NCBI GenBank assembly: GCA_021825655.1
Contig: JAKAGU010000004.1
Location: 11,599-75,598 of the forward strand
Source of the DNA: a bacterium
GTDB taxonomy: Bacteria; Patescibacteriota; Doudnabacteria; UBA920
Length of the DNA stretch: 64,000 bases
Reading direction: 5' to 3'
Of the stretch, positions 9,131 through 16,542 are shown one piece after another. The stretch's first letter is position 1. Each line of letters opens with the position of its first letter. Position numbers and translations under genes: made by a program. The notes under the pieces were generated by a model. It saw only the letters and a program-made list of their open reading frames with translations, made no database searches and was not told where the DNA came from.

Positions 9131-10861
9131 TTAGAACTTGTGCGGTTGGTTGGGTAAAATTACGGTTTTGGCTTGCGCAGATTCAGGCTGAGGCAGGTCG
9201 GATCCCGCAGCCTCAGGAGCCGGGGCGGGAAATACTTGTTTATCTTTTTGCAGGGCGGCTACCGTATCCCAAATGGGATTTTCTTTTTTAGGTTTAAGCG
9301 GACTTTTATGGGCTAACGGGTTATGCCTTTTGGGCGGCCTGGGTTGCTGACTTTGCTGAGCATACCGGTTTTGCTGTTTTTGCGGCTCTTGCCTGGGCGC
9401 ACTTTTAGGCTTAGGCTGAGCCGGCAGCGGCTGCACGGTTATTGTGGGGCTGGGAATTTCCTCAGGCGCTTGCATGGGCGGCAATTCTTCTTCAGCGTTT
9501 GTTTTCTCCTCTTCCTCGTCCTCTTCCGCAGGCTCTTTGCCAATCAGCAGCGCCGCGCCTTGATGGTAGTCCGCGCCCATCCAGCGGGTAATCCTTTCTT
9601 CCACTTCGGCCACGGGGTTGCTGTAGCGCTCCCTGGAAACCTTCAGCACTTTTTCAAAGTTGCCCGTAAAATAGTCGGGGCTGGCGGGGATGGTAACGGC
9701 CGAAAACGGCTCGCTGGCAACGCCGTTGATCATCAGTTTTAAAATAACGTGGTACTTGGGCAAATTTACCATGTCGGTGGGGGTGAATGTCGGTGCAAAC
9801 TCCGTTTCCAAAAATTCCGCGTCAGCTGCGCCTATGCGGAAAATGACCATGGTCCCCACGTTGCCGAAGATGGCATCCCTCACCTTGGTGCTCTTGTCAT
9901 TTTCCAACTGGGCAATGTATTGGTGGCCAACAATCAGGTTTAAGCGGTATTTCCGGGCTTCGCTCAAAATGGTGGCAAAGCTGTCCGTGGCAAAATTTTG
10001 GAATTCATCCACATACAAATAAAAGTCGGAACGCTCGTTTTCGGGGATGTCAGTGCGGGACATGGCGGCGAGCTGCAGCTTGGTCACCAGCATGGAGCCG
10101 AGCAAGGCCGAATTATTTTCCCCAACGCGGCCTTTGGACAAATCCATAATCAAGATTTTCTTTTTGTCCATAATTTCCCTTAAATCAATGGTGCTTTTGG
10201 GCTGCCCCACAATGTTGCGGACAATCGCGGATGACAAAAATTGCCCCACCTTGTTCTGAATCGGCGCAATGGCCTCGGTGCGGTATTTTTCGTTGTAGTT
10301 GGCGTATTCGTCGGTCCAAAAGGCCCTGACCACGGGATCCTTAATGTTATCCACGATGCGCTTGCGGTATTTTTTGTCCACATACATGCGGGTAATGCCG
10401 AGCAGCGTGTTGCCCGGGCTTTCCAAAAGGGCCAGTACGGTGTTGTTCAGGATGTACTCCATGCGGGCTGACCAGACATTGGCCCAGATTTTGGTGAAGA
10501 CCCCCATCAAGCCGGAAGCCACCAAATGCTTGTAGCGGCTTTCTACGGATTCCAGAATGTTGAAGGCAATCGGATTTTCCAAATCCGCAGGGTTGAAGTA
10601 CACCACGTCGTTAACGCGGCTGGGCGGCACGCAGTCCAAAATCCGCTGGATGGAATCGCCGTGCGGGTCCAAAAATGCCAGGCCGTGCCCGTTACGGATA
10701 TCCTGAATGGCCATATTCTCCATGACAGTGGTTTTACCCATGCCCGTTTTGCCGATTAGGTACATGTGGCGGCGGCGGTCATCGGTCTTAATGCCAAAAG
10801 GCACTTCGCGGTTCCGGAAGTTGGTTTTCGCAAATAAAGTGATTGTGTCTGGAGTTTCCAT
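9131..10861 (-). CDS. VirD4/TraD-like (HerA/FtsK superfamily) ATPase
   Basis: DRRRHMYLIGKTGMGKT Walker A, DPHGD, LYVDEFQNF Walker B, SEARKY; acidic Pro/Gln-rich tail. Confidence 0.85.
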   Translation of the reverse strand: METPDTITLFAKTNFRNREVPFGIKTDDRRRHMYLIGKTGMGKTTVMENMAIQDIRNGHGLAFLDPHGDSIQRILDCVPPSRVNDVVYFNPADLENPIAFNILESVESRYKHLVASGLMGVFTKIWANVWSARMEYILNNTVLALLESPGNTLLGITRMYVDKKYRKRIVDNIKDPVVRAFWTDEYANYNEKYRTEAIAPIQNKVGQFLSSAIVRNIVGQPKSTIDLREIMDKKKILIMDLSKGRVGENNSALLGSMLVTKLQLAAMSRTDIPENERSDFYLYVDEFQNFATDSFATILSEARKYRLNLIVGHQYIAQLENDKSTKVRDAIFGNVGTMVIFRIGAADAEFLETEFAPTFTPTDMVNLPKYHVILKLMINGVASEPFSAVTIPASPDYFTGNFEKVLKVSRERYSNPVAEVEERITRWMGADYHQGAALLIGKEPAEEDEEEEKTNAEEELPPMQAPEEIPSPTITVQPLPAQPKPKSAPRQEPQKQQNRYAQQSQQPRPPKRHNPLAHKSPLKPKKENPIWDTVAALQKDKQVFPAPAPEAAGSDLPQPESAQAKTVILPNQPHKF

Positions 10862-10866
10862 GAAAA

Positions 10867-12210
10867 TTAGCTTAGCTCTTCAAGAATGGGCAAATTTGCC
10901 GGCGGCTGGGATTTCTTGCTCATGGTTTTTTCAATGCTGGACGCCACAGAAGTCTCCTTGGTGGTAATCGGGAAATGATAGATGGTGGCGATCTCTTCCA
11001 CGTTCAGTACGTACATGGGCAGCCCGATATGGATGTCCCGGTTTTTGTAACCTTTAAAAATATGCCGTTTTTTCTTCCGGAGCAAATAATCCATATAAGG
11101 CTTTTCCAGCGTGGGAGAAATATAATAATCCGCCCCGACCCAGGTATTGCTGACATCGGGCTTGAACTTGTTGGAATTAGCCGTGCCTAGTGGCCGGTAC
11201 GCGCCGATAATTAAACCCTTTTTGGTGGGATCAAACTTGTCTTTTGGGGCAATATATAAATGCCGAATTTTAGCCTTGTAGCCCGGCTTGCCGATTTTCC
11301 GTTCCACCAAATTGACCCGCTCTTTTTGTGTTTCCGTCATGCTCATCCAGTTGTTTTTCGGCCCCTTCTCCTCCGCGCCGTGCGCCCCATGGGCTCCGTG
11401 CCCGCCGCCAAACAGCAAATTTTTCAGGCTGAATTGTGCGAACTTGTTGAACGGCGTCATGGCCACATCTTTCAGCTTCACGTCATGCTCGGCCTCTTCG
11501 CCGATAAGTTCCTTAACCATAGCTTCGCCGTGCGGCTTCCATTCGTCGTCGGCCAAAGGCTGAAGAATAACCTGGATGCCGTAAAATTCGTAAGGCTGCA
11601 TTTTATTGAGCGCCTCAAAAAGGTTGGCTAATGGGTCGATAATTTTCTCCTCTGCGGACAAATGTTCAAAATCCCGGTAGGTTTTAATAGGAAAAACAAA
11701 ATCCTCGGTCAGCTTGAATTCCGTACCCCAAATATCGTACTGGCTGTTTTCATAATTGGGGTCAAAATGGAAATTCTCCATGTAATCATCGGCCTCGGTA
11801 ATCTCCACGTCCGGGTAGTGCGAATAAAACGCCGACTCCACCAGGCCCCGGCTATCTTTGGGCACGCGCACGATAAAGGAAATTTTGCCGCCCATGCTGA
11901 TCAGCTCCAGCGAATACCATTTCTGGATGCGCCCCTCGATATAGATCTGCGGAAAAGTCAGACCGCTGTGAAGCGCGTGCATCTGGGAAAAAATGGTCTC
12001 CACGGCCAAAGTGCTGGCCAGGTTGTCCTTAGGCACTTTGATGTTAAGCAGCACCCAGTCAATGCTGTGCACAAACTGGTGCTCAATTTCTTTGCGGTAG
12101 CTTTTATAGAGGATATACAGCAGCGCGCCGATAACTGAAAATATCAAAAGACCTCCCGTTGCTTTCAGTATATCCAGTGGGTTAGGCAGAATTCCCTGAA
12201 AAATGTCCAT
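10867..12210 (-). CDS. Conserved hypothetical single-TM protein, partner of VirD4-like ATPase
   Basis: 447 aa; N-terminal TM; WYSLEL, FYSHYPDVEI, PIKTY, LNVEEIATIYHFP, PPANLP resemble the N-terminal half of fused CPR coupling-protein homologues. Confidence 0.7.
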   Translation of the reverse strand: MDIFQGILPNPLDILKATGGLLIFSVIGALLYILYKSYRKEIEHQFVHSIDWVLLNIKVPKDNLASTLAVETIFSQMHALHSGLTFPQIYIEGRIQKWYSLELISMGGKISFIVRVPKDSRGLVESAFYSHYPDVEITEADDYMENFHFDPNYENSQYDIWGTEFKLTEDFVFPIKTYRDFEHLSAEEKIIDPLANLFEALNKMQPYEFYGIQVILQPLADDEWKPHGEAMVKELIGEEAEHDVKLKDVAMTPFNKFAQFSLKNLLFGGGHGAHGAHGAEEKGPKNNWMSMTETQKERVNLVERKIGKPGYKAKIRHLYIAPKDKFDPTKKGLIIGAYRPLGTANSNKFKPDVSNTWVGADYYISPTLEKPYMDYLLRKKKRHIFKGYKNRDIHIGLPMYVLNVEEIATIYHFPITTKETSVASSIEKTMSKKSQPPANLPILEELS

Positions 12211-12235
12211 TTTGTTTTATCTTCCGTTTTTATGT

Positions 12236-13318
12236 CTAGGCCAGCGCGTAAAGGTTCTTGCCGACTTTCTTGAATAATTTTTTATTGGAAAGACTGACTA
12301 AAATCGTATTTTTCTTGACCTGCCTGACTTTCATCACCTCTTCAATGATTTTTTCTTTCGGCATAGGCTGGCCGTATTTTTTGAGGATTTCCGAAATAAC
12401 ATCCGACACCACCCCGGGCTTAAAACCCCATTCGGCGAGGGCATAAATGCCTCGGCCAATCAGTACAAACCTTTGGTCCTTAATCAGTTCGTTGTGCACG
12501 GTCTCTTTGTAGGCGGTTTTGCTGTCGAATTTGGCCTTGTTGATCATTTCGGTAATGGCCGAATAGTGCTCCGGCTTCTTGTGGTATTTCATGACCAGAT
12601 ACGCCTTGTCGCCGACGTCTTTGGGGACAATCTCCTTCCAATGGCTGAGGCCGAATTCACCGAACACATTCTTTTCAATCTCTACGGCAAGTTCCAAAAA
12701 GTTGATAATGGTTTTGTCGTTCAGTTCTATTTGGTTTTCCTGATAAAATTGGGTCTGTTTAAAATGCTGCAAAAATTCCTCAGCTTGGAGGGGTTTTTGC
12801 TTCTCGGCAATGATTTTTTTGCCCTGGTCCACGAACCCGTGGAGCAAATCTTCCTTAAACAGGACCATAACCCAGTTCTTTTTGTAGTTATCGTGGATGA
12901 AGTTATCCAGTTCTTCAATAAGGTTCAGCAAAAAAATCACCGCGTTTTTTTCCTGCTCGTCCTTGATGTTAAGGTTCAAAAGCAGGTTTTCTTCCGCAAT
13001 AATGCGGCCGTGTTCTGAGATAATATTAAGGATGAATTCTTTGGTCGCGTTGAAGCTGGAGTACTTGGAGCTGGTTTTTTTCAGGTGCTTCATCAAATCC
13101 TTCTCGATTTGCCGGACGCGCTCCCTGGTAAGATTTTGCTCCTGCCCAATAGCAGCCAAAGTTTTAACTCCCCGGCCTTCCAGCCCGTAGCGGTGCGCCA
13201 AAATCTGCCTGTCGCGTTCTTTCAGGTTCTGCAAAATCTCTTTTACGATGTCCACCGGGTGCATCTGCTGGATGGTCTCGTTCTGTTTGGTTGTAATGAT
13301 GGTGTCGAGAATTCCCAT
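12236..13318 (-). CDS. Sigma70 region-4-like HTH fused to winged-HTH (HARE-HTH/RNAP delta-like) domains
   Basis: LKERDRQILAHRYGL..TLAAIG..LTRERVRQIE at N-terminus; TVHNELIKDQRFVLIGRGIYALAEWG near C-terminus. Confidence 0.78.
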   Translation of the reverse strand: MGILDTIITTKQNETIQQMHPVDIVKEILQNLKERDRQILAHRYGLEGRGVKTLAAIGQEQNLTRERVRQIEKDLMKHLKKTSSKYSSFNATKEFILNIISEHGRIIAEENLLLNLNIKDEQEKNAVIFLLNLIEELDNFIHDNYKKNWVMVLFKEDLLHGFVDQGKKIIAEKQKPLQAEEFLQHFKQTQFYQENQIELNDKTIINFLELAVEIEKNVFGEFGLSHWKEIVPKDVGDKAYLVMKYHKKPEHYSAITEMINKAKFDSKTAYKETVHNELIKDQRFVLIGRGIYALAEWGFKPGVVSDVISEILKKYGQPMPKEKIIEEVMKVRQVKKNTILVSLSNKKLFKKVGKNLYALA

Positions 13319-13341
13319 AGAGGAGTTTTAATATCGACCTC

Positions 13342-13370
13342 AGTATAGCACAAAGCATAAGGTTTGTCAA
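13342..13370 (-). promoter_or_regulatory. Sigma70 promoter
   Basis: TTGACA, 17 bp, TATACT on the minus strand upstream of the HTH gene. Confidence 0.8.
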
Positions 13371-13393
13371 ATATACCTCCTGGAGTCTTGCTG

Positions 13394-13425
13394 AAAACAA
13401 AAGCACCCGCTTTTATACGGGTGCT
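13394..13425 (-). terminator. Intrinsic terminator after secF
   Basis: AGCACCCG-TATAAAAG-CGGGTGCT-TTTGTTTT on the minus strand. Confidence 0.75.
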
Positions 13426-13461
13426 AAATTTGTGATTTTTGGCATTTTATTGCCTAATTAT

Positions 13462-14352
13462 CTACTTTTTCGCCTTCCAGTTTTGCCAAACAACCAGGAT
13501 AGGGCTGGCGATAAAAATGGAAGAGTAGGTTCCTACAAAAATGCCGATAAACAAGGCGAGGACAAAATATCTAATGGTGTCACCGCCGAAAAGCAACAGA
13601 GTCAGCAAAACAAACAGTACCGTCAGGCTGGTGTTTAAGGACCTGACGATTGTCTGGCCGATGCTTTTATTCACCACGTATTCAATGGATTGGCCGGAAT
13701 AGACCTTCAGGTTTTCACGGATCCGGTCGAACACCACAATCGTGTCATGTACGGAAAAGCCTAAGACGGTGAGCAGGGCGGTAACAAACATCCCGTCAAT
13801 CTCCACCCCTTTAAAATGGCCGAGGATGGAAAAAAAGCCAAGCACAAACAACAAGTCATGGAGCAGGGCAATAACCGCTGACCAGCCGAAACGCCACGAA
13901 GTAATGGGTTTGGGCACCCGGCGGAATGCATAGGCAATGTAAGCCACAATGCCCAGAGAAACCATCACCAGCTGTAAAACCGCGTTGCGCCGCAGCTCGT
14001 TTCCAATAACCGGGCCAATGGAGTCGAACTTCGCTTCCTTAAACTCCCCTATCTGCTGCTTTAAGTCGGACAGCATTTTATCGTGGACCGCTTTGTCTAC
14101 GCTTTCGGTCTTGATAATCAAACCGTTTTCTTCCGAAGTCTGCAGCTGATAATTGCCGATTTTTTCCGTGGCCAGGACATCCTTAACCTTCTGCAAATCG
14201 TATTTCTGGTCAAACTTTAGCTCGGTCAGGGTACCACCTTTAAAATCTATACCCAGCCGGAGGCCGAACATAGAAAGCGAAATTATGCCGAAAGCCAGGA
14301 TAAGCCCGGAGACCGTAAACCAAAATTTGTAGTACTTGAGGGTATTAAACAT
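13462..14352 (-). CDS. secF: Protein translocase subunit SecF
   Basis: LGIDFKGGT, IGPVIGNEL, GFSVHDTIVVFDRIREN, RSLNTS; ATG 14352 overlaps the secD stop. Confidence 0.95.
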   Translation of the reverse strand: MFNTLKYYKFWFTVSGLILAFGIISLSMFGLRLGIDFKGGTLTELKFDQKYDLQKVKDVLATEKIGNYQLQTSEENGLIIKTESVDKAVHDKMLSDLKQQIGEFKEAKFDSIGPVIGNELRRNAVLQLVMVSLGIVAYIAYAFRRVPKPITSWRFGWSAVIALLHDLLFVLGFFSILGHFKGVEIDGMFVTALLTVLGFSVHDTIVVFDRIRENLKVYSGQSIEYVVNKSIGQTIVRSLNTSLTVLFVLLTLLLFGGDTIRYFVLALFIGIFVGTYSSIFIASPILVVWQNWKAKK

Positions 14353-15832
14353 TGTCTTTTGTTGCCTTAATTTTGCTGACCCCGAAGAGCCAGGGGTGTG
14401 TAAGGATGTTGTTGCCGACAAACAGTTTTAAGAAAGTCCGGGTAACGGTAATTGCGGTAAACATGGAAATAAGAATGCCGATGCTTAAAGTCACGGCAAA
14501 ACCCTTGATGCTCGGGGTGCCGAACATGTAGAGGATTAACGTGGTTATCAAGCTGGACACGTTGGAATCGCGGATGGAAAGCCAGGCACGGTCAAAACCG
14601 TCGTCTACGGCCTTGGCAATATCCTTGCCTGCCCGGATTTCTTCCTTCAGGCGCTCAAAGATTAGAATGTTGGCGTCAACCGCCATGCCAATGGACAAGA
14701 TAAAGCCCGCAATACCCGCCAAAGTCAGGGTAACCGGAGAAAGCGCACCTGCGAGCATTAAAACAATATAGCTAAGTAAGGCCAAAAAACCGAACCATGC
14801 ATTCACTGTTAGGCCCAAAAAGAAAAACAGGCCCACAAGCACCACAGCCACAGGCGAAATGCCGATTTTAAAAACTGACAGCGAGACTACGGCATACACC
14901 ATAAGTGCGCAAACAGCTAAAAAGCCGGGGAAACGGTAGTAGCTGATCATAAACAGGGCAATCATGAGTATGCCCAAGATTCCGGCAATTAAGGACTTCT
15001 GGATAGACTCCTTGCCCAGGGTTGCCCCGACATTCTGCTGGGAAACCAGCTGGATTGGCACGGGCAAAGCGCCGCTGTTGAGGTTGGTGGCAAGATTTTT
15101 GGCTTCCTGCACTGAGAAATTTCCGCTGATAACGGCAACGCCGTCGGTAATGGCGGTTTGCACGGTGGGGGCGCTGATCAGCTGCTTGTCCAGAAAAATA
15201 GCCACGGGCTTGCCAATGTTGGCCGAGGTAATTTGACCGAAAAGTTTTTTGCCTTCGTCATTAAACTCCAGCCTGACAACGGGCTGGTTAGAAAGCCCGC
15301 CGCTGGTCTGAAAATCAACCGAGGCTTTTTGCAACTGCTTGCCGGAAAGCCCGGTCGGCTTCCAGCCTGCCATGGCATCCACGCTGACCTCGCCCTTGCT
15401 GTTGGGCTGGACTTGCGGAGTCGTGCCATCCTGGATCCGAAAATCCAAATAGGGCGTTTTACCGATTTGGTCAATGGCTTCGTTGACATCCTTGATGCCG
15501 GGCAGTTCAATGATTATCCGGTCCTGGCCGGAGACTGCCACCTGGGGTTCGGCCAAACCAAAGCTGTTAACACGGCGTTCAATTACGTCCCGGATGGCAT
15601 TTAAGGCATCGGCGCGATCTTGGGGCTTGATATCCTTAAAGTCCGCCTGGTAAACCAGGTGGGCACCGCCCTGCAGGTCCAGGCCCAAACGGGTCTTGAA
15701 GACCCGGCTGTATTTGATTTTAAGGCTGTTTAAGTCAATTTTACTGCCCTTGGGGTAGGCAATCCAGGCTGCGCCTGCAAATAGTACCAAAATTGCGAAC
15801 AAAGAAAGGTATAGCTTAAGTTTAGGTTTCAT
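14345..15832 (-). CDS. secD: Protein translocase subunit SecD
   Basis: LGLDLQGG, IERRVNSFG, GMAVDANILIFER, KGFAVTL; start at ATG 15832 or 15838. Confidence 0.95.
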   Translation of the reverse strand: MKPKLKLYLSLFAILVLFAGAAWIAYPKGSKIDLNSLKIKYSRVFKTRLGLDLQGGAHLVYQADFKDIKPQDRADALNAIRDVIERRVNSFGLAEPQVAVSGQDRIIIELPGIKDVNEAIDQIGKTPYLDFRIQDGTTPQVQPNSKGEVSVDAMAGWKPTGLSGKQLQKASVDFQTSGGLSNQPVVRLEFNDEGKKLFGQITSANIGKPVAIFLDKQLISAPTVQTAITDGVAVISGNFSVQEAKNLATNLNSGALPVPIQLVSQQNVGATLGKESIQKSLIAGILGILMIALFMISYYRFPGFLAVCALMVYAVVSLSVFKIGISPVAVVLVGLFFFLGLTVNAWFGFLALLSYIVLMLAGALSPVTLTLAGIAGFILSIGMAVDANILIFERLKEEIRAGKDIAKAVDDGFDRAWLSIRDSNVSSLITTLILYMFGTPSIKGFAVTLSIGILISMFTAITVTRTFLKLFVGNNILTHPWLFGVSKIKATKDNV

Positions 15833-15921
15833 TGGCATTAAAAAATACCGGTTAAGGCTTGAGGCTTCATGCTTTGGGTGTTTGACCTGAAAACATCCGT
15901 TAAAGCGCAAAGTTTAGGGGT

Positions 15922-15950
15922 ATTATACTCTCTAATCACTTGGTTTGCAA
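15922..15950 (-). promoter_or_regulatory. Sigma70 promoter of secDF
   Basis: TTGCAA, 17 bp, TATAAT on the minus strand. Confidence 0.7.
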
Positions 15951-15951
15951 A

Positions 15952-16542
15952 TTATTTTATTACCACTTTTGTGCCGTCATCAGTCCAGTTATAAAGGCTT
16001 TCCATGTCCTGATAAGACACATTCACGCAGCCGTGACTCATGCGCTGGCCGAATTTATTGTGCCAATAGGCGCCGTGGATGTACAAGTTGCCCAAAGAAC
16101 CGCGCTTAAACATCATGTTCCAACGCGTGTTGGGAAAGAAGTAGTTGGCGCCTTTATAGGTAACCAAAGGCTTTTTTAGAATAATCGAATATTCCCCAGC
16201 CGGGGTCGGGTGCAGGCGATCGCCAGTGGAAACTTTGATGGTTTTCAGCAGGTATGGCCCCAGGCTGTAAGTCAGGCTTTGGGTTTTAAGATTGACATCA
16301 ATATGTTTTTCCAATTTATCGTCTTGCGGGCTGTTGGGATCGTAATTGTATTTTACCTCCTCGCCGTCCGCATAGCCGTCATTGTCCGTATCTGCCCTGC
16401 TGGGATCAGTATGATAAATTTCCAGTTCCTGGACATCGGTCAGGCCATCATGATCGGAGTCCCCGTTCAAATCCAGGGCCTTGGCCCGCACAGGCAAGAG
16501 CAGTACCGCGCAGATTACAAAAAGCAAAAACCTGGGTTTCAT
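15952..16542 (-). CDS. L,D-transpeptidase (YkuD) with DxDxDG Ca-binding repeats
   Basis: Signal peptide; DSDHDGLTD and DTDNDGYAD; HGAYWH..SHGCVN catalytic motif; ATGA overlap with the upstream stop. Confidence 0.88.
   Translation of the reverse strand: MKPRFLLFVICAVLLLPVRAKALDLNGDSDHDGLTDVQELEIYHTDPSRADTDNDGYADGEEVKYNYDPNSPQDDKLEKHIDVNLKTQSLTYSLGPYLLKTIKVSTGDRLHPTPAGEYSIILKKPLVTYKGANYFFPNTRWNMMFKRGSLGNLYIHGAYWHNKFGQRMSHGCVNVSYQDMESLYNWTDDGTKVVIK

Noticed and set aside
9131-12210. Conjugative element or ICE
   Set aside because: No integrase, relaxase, VirB4, oriT or att repeats; housekeeping flanks
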